Positions 1 to 12,749 of a DNA stretch of 45,763 nucleotides are shown here, in pieces. Below the pieces are notes generated by a model. That model had not been told where the DNA came from and did not search any database. It saw nothing but the letters and a program-made list of their open reading frames with translations. This DNA is from Octopus sinensis. Taxonomy: Eukaryota. Numbering within the stretch: the first letter of the stretch is position 1; each line of letters starts with the position of its first letter. The DNA lies in assembly GCF_006345805.1 (NCBI RefSeq), contig NW_021834680.1, positions 1 through 45,763 of the forward strand, in the 5' to 3' direction. A program made the translations under genes and the position numbers.

Positions 1-40
1 GTAGTAGTAGTAGTAGTAATAATAATAATAATAATAATAA

Positions 41-78
<38 letters not shown>
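1..78. repeat. (TAG)n/(TAA)n microsatellite
   Basis: Direct reading of GTA and TAA triplet arrays. Confidence 0.95.
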
Positions 79-79
<1 letters not shown>

Positions 80-87
80 TTCTGTTA

Positions 88-290
88 TGGGCGCAAGGCT
101 TGAAATTTGAGGATTGAGAAATAGTCGATTTCATCGATCCCAGTGCACAACTGGTACTTATTTTATTGACTCTGAAAGGATGAAAAGTCAAGTAGGCCTC
201 GGCGGGATTTGAACTAAGAATGTAAAGACAGACGAAATGACGTTAAGCTTTTTACCCGACGTGCTGACGAGTTTGCCAGCTCACCGACTT
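88..290 (-). mobile_element. tRNA-derived SINE, family A, diverged copy
   Basis: Reverse complement matches the copy at 788 (head, B-box-like GTTCAAATCC, central CTTTCATCCTTTC...AAGTACCAG domain). Confidence 0.8.
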
Positions 291-319
291 GATAATAATA
301 ATAATAATAATAATAATGA

Positions 320-520
320 TTTCAAATTTTAGCACAAGGCCAGCAAGCTCGGGGTAGGGTCTAGTCGATTGTATTGACCCCAGTTACTCAGCTGCTACTT
401 ATCTTATCAATCTTGAGAGGCTGAAAAGTAAAGTCGACTTCGGCAGCATTTGAAGTCGAAAGAAATGCCGCTAAGGATTTTTTATCCAGCGTGCTAACGA
501 TTTTTCTATCTCACCATCTC
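320..520 (-). mobile_element. SINE family A, diverged copy
   Basis: Same motifs as 88-290 (AGTCGATT, GACCCCAGT, AAAGTCGACTTCGGC, GTGCTAACGA). Confidence 0.75.
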
Positions 521-787
521 AATAATAAATAGATAAATATATGAATAATAAGTTATGCAGAAATGTATTATTAACGTTATTACATTCCCAACAGCAGTGA
601 CGATGTTGATAACTTTAACAGGAAATCGAAGCCGTTTTACGGTTTCCTTTCAATATATTACCCTTTTCCTTACAGTGCTATCCACTACGAGTGAAACAAT
701 ATCTATAATGTTTCATTATAGTTGTGGTTATGCTTAGTCGATGTCCTTTCCTTGCTAAAAAATATCTGTGATATCCCCTCCATATTA

Positions 788-1370
788 AGGCGACGAGCTG
801 GAAGAAACATTAGCTCACCGGGCGAAATGCCTAGCGGTATTTCGTCCGCCGTTACGCTGTGAATTCAAATTCCGCCGAGGTTGACTTTGCCTTTCATCCT
901 TTCGGGGTCGATAAACTTAAGTATCAGTTACGCACTGGGGTCGATGTAATCGACTTAATCCCTATGTCTGTCCTTGTTCGTCCCCTCTATGTTTAGCCCC
1001 TTGTGGGTAATAAAGAAATAGGTATTTCGTCTGCCGTTACGTTGTGAATTCAAATTCCGCCGAGGTTGACTTTGCCTTTCATCCTTTCGGGGTCGATAAA
1101 CTTAAGTACCAGTTACGCACTGGGGTCGATGTAATCGACTTAATCCCTATGTCTGTCCTTGTTTGTCCCCTCTATGTTTAGCCCCTTGTAGGTAGTAAAG
1201 AAATAGGTATTTAGTCTGTCTTCACGTTCTGAGTTCAAATGCCGCCAGGGTCGACTTTGCCTTTCATCCTTTCGGGGTCGATAAATTTAGTACCGGTGAA
1301 ACATTGGGGTCGATATAATCGACTTACCCCACCCTGCGAAATTTCACGCCTTGTGCCTAAAGTATAAAGA
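788..1370 (+). mobile_element. SINE family A with internal ~185-bp tandem triplication
   Basis: One head (GGCGACGAGCTGG...) followed by units starting at 836, 1021 and 1206. Flanked by diverged direct repeats at 770-785 and 1371-1386 (13/16 identical), a possible TSD. Confidence 0.85.
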
Positions 1371-1580
1371 GATATCTCCCGCATATCACATTTTACTGTA
1401 TTATTTTTTTTTTTTTAATGAAAGATATAGGGTAATACTTCCGAAAAAAAAATACATGCATGAAAGCTAGAATGATTTTGATGATATTTCTGCTCGGTCA
1501 AGGTTGATCTGGGGTTAAATGACAAGAAAAACTTGAAAACTAGGTGTCGATCCGTTTTTTTTTTTTTATTATTATTATCT

Positions 1581-2030
1581 GTGGTTAAGAAGCTTGCTTT
1601 GTGGTTAAGAAACTCGCTTTGCAACAACGTGGTTTCTGGTTCAGTCCCATTTCGCAGCATCTTGGGCAAGTGTCTTCCACTATAGCTGCAGGCCGACCAG
1701 TGCCTTGTGAGTAAAATTGGTAAACGGAAACTGTGTGGAAACCCATTGCATATTTGTATATGTTTGTGTTTATGTTTTTGTATCCTCATGACAACCGCGC
1801 GCGCGCGCGTGTGAATGTGTGCGCACGCGCGTGTGTTTGTGCTTCTCTCTGCACTACTGCTTGACAACCAGTGTTGGTTTGTTTGAGTACCCGTATTTTA
1901 GCGGTTCGACAACAGAGACCGATCGAATAAATACCGGACTTAAAAATATAAGTGCCGCGGTGGATGGATTTGTTCGACGAAATCTTCAAGAAGGTGCTCC
2001 AGCATAGCCACAGTCCAATGACTGAAATAT
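1581..2030 (+). mobile_element. tRNA-derived SINE, family B (CORE-like segment CTTGGGCAAGTGTCTT), with internal microsatellite
   Basis: GTGGTTAAGAAG...GGTTCAGTCCC head, TTGGGCAAGTGTCTT, and tail GGTGCTCCAGCATAGCCACAGTC...GACTGAAA; matches the copy at 44594. Confidence 0.85.
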
Positions 2031-2225
2031 ACAACAACAACAAAAAAACACAAAACAAAAACAAAGCAAAGAGAAAGTAGATCGAACCTCAGAGTCGATA
2101 AGGTAAATATCACACAAGAGGTGAGTTCGATTTAATCGATTATGCTCAACCCCCGACATTAATAAAATGTCGTGGTACATTGGTTAGGAGTTGGATTAAA
2201 AGTCAAATTATCTTGGTTTATTTTT

Positions 2226-2411
2226 CTACTTGTTTCCCTCAGTGGACGAAGGCCATACTAGGGCACCGCATTGAAGGGTTTTTAGTCGAATAGATCGACC
2301 CCCGATATTTTGTATGGTACTTACTTAACCGGACCTCTATTGCCGAATCGCTAAGCTACGTGGACATAAACACACAGACATCCGTTATCAAGCGGTGGGG
2401 GAACAAAGACG

Positions 2412-2444
<33 letters not shown>

Positions 2445-2475
2445 CACACACTCACACACACACACACACACACAC

Positions 2476-2515
<40 letters not shown>

Positions 2516-2795
2516 AGTATATATATAATTATATATACGTATGTATACACACACACAGATATTTAAGTATATATATATATATATATATATAAGTATATAT
2601 ATGTATGTATACACACGCAGATATATAAGTATATATATGTGTATGTATATACATACATACTTACATACACACACACATATGACGGACTTCCACACTGTTT
2701 CTTTCTACCAAATACACTTTCCCAAGATGCTGCGCATCGTGGGACTGAAGCCGAAATAATCAGGTTACAAAGCAAGCTTCTTAACCAGACAGCCA
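2226..2795 (-). mobile_element. SINE family B, diverged, with expanded internal (CA)/(TA) repeats
   Basis: Reverse-complement matches to both family B halves on either side of the microsatellite at 2412-2680. Confidence 0.75.
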
Positions 2796-3344
2796 TCCCT
2801 GCACTTCGTGTTCTCACTTTGAGAACTATCAGGTTTGACTTTCTCTTTCATCTGGAAAGGGTCGATGCAAAACGTGTTAGTAATCTACCTGTGAGGTCGA
2901 TAGAAACGGTTATATACTCCTCCTCACGGGTCCTTAATACGTGATCTTGTGTAAATGCATGAAGTTATTATTTCTGTTACATTGCTGGTGGAAAGTAAAA
3001 ATTGTAGGGCTACCTTGTGGGTTAAACGATGATAACAAACTACATACATATATTCGTGAAAGGGGAATGTAGTGGGACGTTTGCAGCAAAATAGTTTAAT
3101 TTCTCTTTTTAATTTAGTAACTTACACTGCATGAATAATGAACATTTATAAGCCAATAAGGGACTCATTGCGTGGTCGCATGACTTGCTAGAAATAACAG
3201 TCAAATCTCTTTCAAATCATACTTCGAGGAAAGATCCACAGGATAACGTTGTAATTAGTTGAGTGCCCTTTGACTTTTTGTTCTCCTCAACCAATCACAA
3301 ATATATATTATTGGTATTATATTTACTCATAATAATTTCTTATA

Positions 3345-3640
3345 TAAGCATAAGGCCTCAAATATTAGGAGAGGGGATGGGCTGTTGGTTACATCGACCT
3401 CAGTAACTATCTGGTACATTACATCGGTTTCAAATTTTGGCACGGGGCCAGGGATTTCGGGGAATGAGGTAAGTCGATTACATCGACTCCAGTGTTCAAC
3501 TGGTACATATTTTATCCGCACCGAAAGGTTAAAAGGCAAAAATCGACCACGGCGGAATTTGAACTCAGTACATAAACATGGATGAAATGCCACGAAGCAT
3601 TTTGCCCAGTATGCTAACGATTCTGACAGCTTGCCGCCTG
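3345..3640 (-). mobile_element. SINE family A
   Basis: AAGTCGATTACATCGACTCCAGTG...AAAGGCAAAAATCGACC...GAATTTGAACTCAG...GCTAACGATTCTG. Confidence 0.8.
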
Positions 3641-4351
3641 TTATTTGGTATTTTATATCAACCACAAAAAGATGAAAAGTAAATATTGTCTTCGGTGGGA
3701 TATGATCTCAGGACATAAAGGGCCGCAAAAATTATCAAATGGGATTTTGTTCGACATTCTAGGGATTCTATCAAACCACCGTATATCTGGTTAGTCTGTT
3801 TTAATAAGCTAACTGTTGTATAGATCTGTTGTATATGAAGTCCGACTTGTTATTGTTTTTTTTTAATCCTATATCAGTTTTACTAATCATACCTATGATC
3901 AAAGACGTTCCAATTACGTCCATTTCTACCTTCTTGTATTCACTATCCAATGTGTATTGCCTTCATTTCAGACGACAGAGTTAGAATTGTAGAATATATG
4001 GATGCTGTGTCTAACAATTTAAACGAGTGCATAACTCAGTGATTCCCAACCTGAGATTCACTGAAACCCTGGGAATCCTGACATTAAGTGAGCTGTGTTC
4101 AAATGTTTTAAAAGGCTGCAGTAGAAACTCACATTTAATTAGTTAAATATAGTTTTCAATTGAAAGAGGAAATTGGGAAAGCGAGTTTATTGTTAGCTGA
4201 ATCAGGTTTTAGAAATTTTCTTTTTGTAAAAGTCCATTTTTGATGTTTCCACATTTGTCCATGGTCTACAGCTATATTATAAAACTTCTTACGCATAAAT
4301 ATACCCCACGCATACACATCTCCCCATTTCCATCTCTGGCAATGTTTATCT

Positions 4352-4825
4352 TTCATTGTTTAGTCAGTGGACTGCGGCAATGCTGGGGAACCTCCTCGAA
4401 GAGTTTAGTTCAGTGATTCTCACTCGGGGTCCATGTGACCCTTGGAGTTTCATACAAAATTTTGTTGCTAAATTTTATGAGCAACAAATCGGTTATAATT
4501 CTACAATACTTAAATCATTAAACATTTTTTTATACACTTCCTAATAACATTTAATAATAAAAATATAATGGAATTTTTAAAGCATCAAACGGCTATGAGA
4601 TTCACCTGTGTAAAATAGGGATCATGGGGGTCCAAACGTAGAATAAATGGTTGAGAACCACTAGTTTTGTTGAACAAATTGTGGCTAATACTTGTTTTAA
4701 GGTCTGATAACTCACTCTATCGGTTTCTTCTGCCGAAACGCTATCTTATGGGATATATAAAACCAACACCGGTTGTCAAGTACTGTGGGGAGCAAACACA
4801 AACTCAAAGACATACACACATACAT

Positions 4826-4866
<41 letters not shown>

Positions 4867-5036
4867 TACACACACACATACACACACACACACACGCACG
4901 ATGAACTTTCAAATAGTTTCTGTCTACCAAATTCACTCACATTGAATTTTAGTAGAAGACACTGGCCCTAGGTGCCGTGCAGTAGGAGTGAATTCAGAAA
5001 CAAGCGGTTGCAAAAATGAACGCCTAAACCACACAA
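4352..5036 (-). mobile_element. SINE family B, interrupted by a hAT-like MITE
   Basis: Family B tail at 4352-4410; the remainder resumes after 4663. Confidence 0.7.
4411..4663. mobile_element. hAT (Charlie-type) MITE
   Basis: Termini CAGTGATTCTCA / TGAGAACCACTA; 8-bp flanks GTTTAGTT (4403-4410) and GTTTTGTT (4664-4671), 7/8 identical, consistent with a hAT 8-bp TSD. Confidence 0.75.
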
Positions 5037-5353
5037 TCATATCTACGTATGTATACATTGAATTTGAAAAAAAAAAAAATTTTAAGGGTTCGGGACCCAC
5101 AGAGAACATTTCATTTATTCGCCTGTTTGTTGCCTTCCACTTTTCAAAACGTCTGGGATCAGTGAGAAAATCCAACGTTGGTATAAGATTTGGAACCGCT
5201 GGTATGGATACTATTTGGTGGTGGTCTCTCGGTGTTAGATTATGTCTATTGCATGCAGCAACCAGACCAGTCCTTCATATAGGCCGGAGGTTCTCAACCA
5301 TTTGTTTTGCCTATTGACACCTTTGATTCTATTGGTCCTCCATAGCCATTCAA

Positions 5354-5386
<33 letters not shown>

Positions 5387-5394
5387 TTTTTTTC

Positions 5395-5688
5395 ATACTG
5401 GAGTACTGCCTTAACGAGTTTTAGTCGAAGAAAAGGACTTATTCTTTGTAAACCTAGTACTTATTTTATCAGTTTCTTTTGTCGAACCGGTAAGTTACAG
5501 GAACATAAACGCACCAGCATCGGTTGTCAATCGATGGCGAGGTCACACACATAAACACACACACACACATATACATATACGGCGGTTTCCGTCTGCCAAA
5601 ATCATTCACAAGGTTTTATTCGGCCCGAGATTATAAGTAGAAAATACTTGCCCAAGGTGTCACGGAGTGGAACTGAACCCGGAACCAC
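5395..5688 (-). mobile_element. SINE family B, partial
   Basis: CTTATTCTTTGTAAACCTAGTAC...CACCAGCATCGGTTGTCAA...CTTGCCCAAGGTG...GAACCCGGAACCA. Confidence 0.8.
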
Positions 5689-5689
5689 A

Positions 5690-5757
<68 letters not shown>

Positions 5758-6419
5758 CACGACACACAATATTGTGCATATCATATAATTTAATTATTAA
5801 ATGTATAATACATATATATTGCAAATCCTAAAAGTTGCGATACTCAACAAAAATAAAATTTTAATTTAAGAATTTATTCTTTCTGTGCGGCCCGAAAGGA
5901 AATGATCCAATGCCTGGTTCATTTCTTAATATGTCGTAATATTTAAGTAATAATGGTATGTTTACTTTTCCCTTCTAATATATTCCTCAGTTTCTATTGC
6001 TCCAACATGCTAGAAATAGCAGCCAAATCTCCACATTATCACACCCTATCGTATTTTCAAATGAGAAAGACACAATTAATAATAACAGTCCAACCTATAG
6101 GAAAATTATGTTTGAAAAAAAAATGTAGTGTAGTGATAGTTCGCGGTCGGAATGTCGAAAACCATAAATCTGCTCGGTCAGATTTGACCAGGGGCTATCC
6201 CCCCACCCAAAACAAAACTGTGTGGTATTTATTTTATCAATACCGGAAGGTTTAAAAGCAAATGAGCGTTATAGGGATTTAACCACAGAATTAGCTAAAT
6301 TTTATTGACAGAACTGAGCTAATCGGAATTAAATATAACTCTTTGCTTATCTCAATCACTGTCGTTTCTATCAAAAACTATTTCTGCATAACGAATAAAT
6401 TTCATTGTTTGAAATTTTC

Positions 6420-6880
6420 TATAATAAATTTTACATTTAATTACACGTTTACGCTTAGATTTAGATTCAACATTAATTTCTAAATTTAGCTCTACAGTCC
6501 ATCTTTATGCTTAAATTTACGTATAAAGATACATTTATTTAAAGATATTTAATATACTTAAAATTACGCAATATCGCTCAAATTTACATTTAAATTTACG
6601 TCTATCACTAGTCTTTACGCTTAAATTTACGTCTTTTACCGACACTTACGTTTAAATGCACGTATTCTCAAGCATATTTACATTAAATTTACTTCTTTCA
6701 TATATATTTATTTATAAATTTACATTTATGTTTATATTTACACACATAAATTTTCAATTTATCATCTGTACTTGCGTATTATAAATTCATATTTACGTTT
6801 AAAATTTATATTTTAACACATTATTTTACGTGTTATGCACTTTTATTTTATCACTTATTATATTCACGTTCAAAATTACG
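6420..6880. repeat. Degenerate AT-rich minisatellite (TTTACRYTTAAA-like unit)
   Basis: Recurrent TTTACG, TTTACATTTAAA and AAATTTAC motifs throughout. Confidence 0.55.
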
Positions 6881-7095
6881 ACACATCACTGATATTCATG
6901 GTTAAACTTACAAATAGCAGCCAAATATTTCTTAAGATCCAATATATAATTTTAGAAAAGAAAAGGATAACATTAAATAATGTACTCCTAGATACACCTA
7001 GAAAGTCTGGATTGTCGTGTTTGATCTTGGCAAAAACAACAATAACAGTATTTATATTTTCACACTGTTAAAGCCAAATTTGTTAACTCTTATTT

Positions 7096-7500
7096 GTATG
7101 TATGTATGTATGTATGTATGTATGTATGTATGTATGTATGTATGTATGTATGTATGTATGCATGAATGGATGGATGGATGGATGTATAAATGTATACATG
7201 TATTTGCGTGTATATACGAATGTACGCTCGTGTGTGTATATATATATGTATATACGTGTGAATGTAACTATGTGTGTACGTATGTATGTATCGCTTTCTC
7301 TGTCTCTCTCTCTCTCTATATATATATATTCACACACATATACGTATACATACATATACATACATACATACATACATACATACATTCATACATACATACA
7401 TACATCCATACATGCATACATATATATATATGCATGTACATATGTATGTATATATGTGTGTACGTATGTATGTTCATTTTCATGGATGTAAGCATGTATG
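7096..7500. repeat. Compound (TATG)n/(CATA)n microsatellite
   Basis: Direct reading. Confidence 0.9.
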
Positions 7501-8008
7501 AATCATTGACTCAGTATATAGCAATCTTTTAAAAAGATGCATATAAATCTGTTAAATTGAAACCTAGTATATTACTGGTGCACCTGTTTTCATCCCTGGA
7601 TGATGAAAGACATAACTGGATCTGAAAGTATTTGAACATGGGACATTAAACCAAGGGAGTAATAATATAGTAGTAGTAGTAGTAGTAGTTGCTGTTGCTG
7701 CGGGTATTGGTGCTGTTGTTAATGTTTAGCTTGAAGTCAATCCTGGTTCAGTCGACCTATGGTCAAAGACATTCCACCCGCAATCATCCTGTCTTTTGTT
7801 AAAAGTGTAGTCTTTCCTGAACCGCATCACACTACTAGTTCTTCCAGCTAAGAAGGAGCCTGTACGTGGTTACTTACTTGCTAGAAATAGTAGTCTAATC
7901 CCTATCATTAATCCAATCTCGTGTTCTTTTCTCTCTGTTGTATTAGGTAAACATTGAGTTCTAATATTGGCACAGGACCAGAAATTTGTAGTAAGTAAAT
8001 ATTATCAG

Positions 8009-8042
<34 letters not shown>

Positions 8043-8057
8043 CTGATTATATTTACT

Positions 8058-8091
<34 letters not shown>

Positions 8092-8249
8092 TATATATAT
8101 ATATATAATATATTATATATATTATGTATGTATACATATATATTGTGTGCGTGTGCGTGTATACACACACATACGCATACATATATACCTACACACATAT
8201 ACATACATTCATATAAAACTGGTTATATATATATAGGTGTGTGTGCGCG

Positions 8250-8281
<32 letters not shown>

Positions 8282-8399
8282 TATATGTAAACGTTAAAAA
8301 AAAACACAAACTGGGACAAGAACGTGAAACATTTTGAAGACGACAAAAAAACACACAGCTCTCAGTCATCAGTCAAGAACCAGATCATCTTCGCAATTT

Positions 8400-8476
<77 letters not shown>

Positions 8477-9065
8477 GTGTGTGTGTGTAATGGAACAAAA
8501 ACGAAATAGAGAACAATAAAACATCCGGGCAGATAGACGATACAAAGGTGGACAGGAAAAACAACAATTAGAGGGACAGGAAAAAACAGACGGGTCATTC
8601 GTGGCCTTCTCTCGTCAGTCAAGTTACCAGATGTCCTTACAGTTTCGAGCAGTTATATATATATCACAGAATGAGTTAGAGAAATTTCACAGGGCAGACT
8701 GCTGCACAAAAATTGTATAGTAAAGTTGGCTAATGCACGAAAAACTTTGATCAATGATGAGATCAGTTAACTGTTTCAACTCTGTGACACACCAAAGCTC
8801 CAAAAACTGTTGTTATTGTTCCTGTTTTGCTCGAGGAAGTCCTAACTGAGAACATCTATGATCAAAGGTGGTCGAACTGCAATAATCTCACTTATTCTCC
8901 CAGGCAAAAGTTAACACCTTATTCTTTGTTTTTCTGTTTTAGGAAAGTAGGATATAGTTCAAGAGAGAGATTTGACTGTTATGTCTAGCAGATTAAGAGG
9001 CCACGCAGAAGCTTGAGGCTTGCACATTGACTCGTTAACACACTATCACTCTGAATGTGACATAA

Positions 9066-9286
9066 CTCTTTAGCATTTAAACTGGCCATATCCGGCCCAA
9101 ATATTCTACCAGTATTATATCCAAACTGGCCTGATCTGACCTCTCAAACCTACCCCACTATGTCTTTCCAAACAATAAACAGCCGCATTATCAAAGTCTC
9201 AGAACTCTGGAATAATGCATGATTAATTCAAAACAATGTAAATAAATAAGCATTACATTTGACAGAGTAATCTGAATGCTAAAGGG
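9066..9286. mobile_element. piggyBac-like MITE (~220 bp)
   Basis: Imperfect TIRs CTCTTTAGCATTTA / TGAATGCTAAAGGG. The left flank ATAA resembles a decayed TTAA; the right flank does not retain TTAA. Confidence 0.55.
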
Positions 9287-9584
9287 TGTTTAGGTAGCAG
9301 AAACGATAGAGTGACCAACTAAATGCAGTACAGCATTAAGTTTATTACTTCCGGAGGATAGATGTTGACTTTAACCCCTTTCAGTGTCGATGCTGCTATT
9401 ACTTATAATAATGTTTCAGGTCCGAATCCATCCGATTAATCATTACCCGTCCAACAGAAGCAAGAAATTGTTATTATTGCGAACTAAAAACAGGAGCTTC
9501 AACGTTGTCGCACGACCCGCAAAGTAGCGCAGTTATATATAACCCTCAAATCTCGTTCTGTTGTTTCAAAAGGTTTCTCATTCA

Positions 9585-9730
9585 GGCACAAGCCCTGAAA
9601 TTTATGAAAGGAGGGATTGAGTCGATTACATTGACTCCCAGTTCTAGACTGGTACTTTATTTTATTGACTCCGAAAGTATGAAAGGCAAAGTTGTCCTCG
9701 GCGGAATTTTAATTCAGAACATAAAGAGCC
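9585..9730 (-). mobile_element. SINE family A, partial
   Basis: GAGTCGATTACATTGACTCCCAG...CTGGTACTTTATTTTATTGACTCCGAAAG...GGCAAAGTTG. Confidence 0.75.
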
Positions 9731-10695
9731 GGAAGTCTTACTCTCTTAAATATCAGAAAATACTGAGGCGAGAAATTAAACTCGGATTGAAATTAAAATT
9801 ACGATAAAAAAAAGTGGGAGGATTATGGTGGGAACGCTTCTCATCTATTCTCTGTTTTTTTGAGTCTAATCTGTGACTAAACAATACGATTCATTAATAT
9901 TGTGGAATTGTGGAAGAGGTATTTTTTTTTTATTAAAATGAATTTTAAATGAATTTTAAAGAAAAGTGAACTAAAATTACATAAAGAAATTTTAATTAGT
10001 ATAATTACTACCGAAAGACTAATTTTAGTATTGCCTACTGTCAAGGTAGGAATAAAATTCCAGTTAAAAGAATATTTGGTATTTTGAATGGTTTGGTGAT
10101 ATCTGAAGGTAGTTTTATTTACGAAACCAACCGGAACTGTTATTTGAGAGAGACGAAGTAAACAGTGACGAGGCGGGAAGAGATACAATAAATGAAAGAG
10201 GGTGAAGATGAAGTAAAGATAGAGCAGAGAATGTCAGAACTGTTTCATGTGTATGTGGGTGTGTGTAAGTATATACACACATATGCACACACACACAGAT
10301 ATATATGTGTGTGTGTGTGTGTGTGTATGTAAATGTGCATATGTATATATGAGTAATATACACACATAAATATAACTATATATATACAGATATATATATA
10401 AATGTGTGTGTGTGAGAGAGAGGGGAACGGAGAGATAGAGAGAGAAATTGAAGGAGAACTAGAAATAAGCAGAGACACAGGAAAAGGAGATAGAAGTTGA
10501 TAGGGAAAAAAACATGAAAAGTTGGGAGATAAATAACAGAATTAAAAATACAATGAAGTGATAAAGTGATATCTTTGAAAGAATGTGGAACACTAAGAGA
10601 TAACAATATACAAGGGAGAGGGGGAGTGCTGCTGAAGTGGATGAGGAAGTAGAAAGTAAAACTAGAGATGTTAGCTAATAAGGGAAACTACCTAC

Positions 10696-11178
10696 CTGGT
10701 GACAGCCAGACGACAGACGTTTAATATCACATTGGAAAAGGTTATAGTTAGTGTATTTTGTCATTGGCGTCGGTGCATTCATAGAGCAGTAGTAGATTTC
10801 AGAGGGAACAACGAATGTTACTCCTGCAGTCTGGTGGCAGTCATTCCGTACTGAATGACTGAGTGATACAGTAAAGCATGTAAGAATTAACACAAAACTA
10901 TCTATAGCAGGTAGTAAACGTGTTATTGTGGATGTACATTGGTGAGTCCATCACGTTGCTGGATCGATATTTCGTTGCATTCTAGTAGGCTGGTCGTTGT
11001 TGTAGGCATATTAAATGTGATTGGTGAGAATGGCAAAAAAAAAAAAAAAAAGAAATATTAGATTCGATTGAGTTGATTGAGATGGCGATTTTCGTCTCTC
11101 TCCCCACACTTGGACAATCTTGGAATGGAAATTTCATGACGCCAAGACCGCTTGTCGATCTGCGTCGCTTATACGCAG
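10696..11178 (-). promoter_or_regulatory. Candidate core promoter plus first exon of an unidentified minus-strand gene
   Basis: Non-repetitive island; minus-strand TATAAG at 11173-11168 downstream of (GA)n tracts; consensus-like splice donor CAG|GTAGGT with exon end at 10696. No homology evidence. Confidence 0.3.
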
Positions 11179-12085
11179 CAAACTCTCTCTCTCGCACTCT
11201 CTCTCTCTCTTTCTCTCTCTCTCTGTTACTCTCTCTCTGTCACTCTCACTCATTCATCCATTCTAACTAATGAGCATCTATTTAGTAGAGCGATGGACAC
11301 AGGTGTTATCTGGGATACTGTGGTATCTGTTACTAGCTTCGCAGCAATTAGGTTTCCCCTCATAAATAAACTATACCTCTCTCACTTTCTCTCACTTTGT
11401 CTCTCTCTTTCTCTCTCCCTTTCACTCACCCTTTCTCTTTCTCTCTCTCTCCCTCCCTTTATTTCTCTAATACATTCCGATGAACAAATGAGATGTAACA
11501 TAGTGTGATATAGTTCTGCTATGCACTGCTCTGTCGTTGGCGATCATTCTTCGATTCCTTCTCCACAGAGAATCATTTCAATACACCAAATTAGACAAAG
11601 TTTTTACACACATTACGACATTTTATGAGCAAAAGAAAAGAAAAGTAGATGAAAACTACGGAAAGGGAAGAAATGAATATCCACGATTTTATTTCAATAG
11701 AATTCAATCTATCCATCCATCCATCCATCCATCCATCAATCCATATATACATACATATATCCATACATCCATACATATGCTTACTAACATATTTACATCC
11801 ATATATGCATACTTATGCTTACAGATTTATTTACACACACACACATACATACACACGCACTCATACATGCACACACACATACATACAAACTTTCTACATG
11901 CATACATACACATTGTAAAGGCAATGAAAAAATCCCAAAAGGAAAGAGACACATTTATGTAATACATATGTATAAAAACGCACACATACACGCTCATACG
12001 TACGATACACATGTGGAAATTACAATTACAATCCATTCAACGAACTGTGAAAATACGTAAAATATTGCGAAAGTTTAGTTAATAA

Positions 12086-12124
<39 letters not shown>

Positions 12125-12648
12125 AACACACACACACACTCACACACACACACAAACACACAAACACACATATATATACATATATATACAGACAATTAAG
12201 TGCATGTAATCAGAACACAGATTTACACATGTAATCCGTATTAATTTGGTGTTTCCTAATCCCCAACGAGAAAGTCTTGTTTTATGTTGGAAACAAACTC
12301 TGTGTCTGTTGGTGAGAAATTCTATAACGAAAATTAGAAAATTATACATACATGTGCGTATATATATATATATATATATATATACCAATATATGCATATA
12401 TGTATGTATATGTGTTTGATTGTTTGCGTGTATGTATGTATGTATGTATGCATGTATGTATATATGCATGCATGTATGTGTATGTATGTATGCATGCGTA
12501 AACCATTGTTTTTGTTGACGCAAGTGTATATGATAAAGTTCTTTCATGTTATGCCTGTAAATATATAACCGCTACTGGTCAATCATACATACATACATAT
12601 GTATGTATGTATGATGTATGTATGTATGTATGTATGTATGTATGTATG

Positions 12649-12728
<80 letters not shown>

Positions 12729-12749
12729 TCCGTTTACTCTGTTATTCTT

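Noticed and set aside
836-1370. CRISPR-like or satellite array
   Set aside because: 185-bp contiguous units without unique spacers, in a eukaryotic SINE context.
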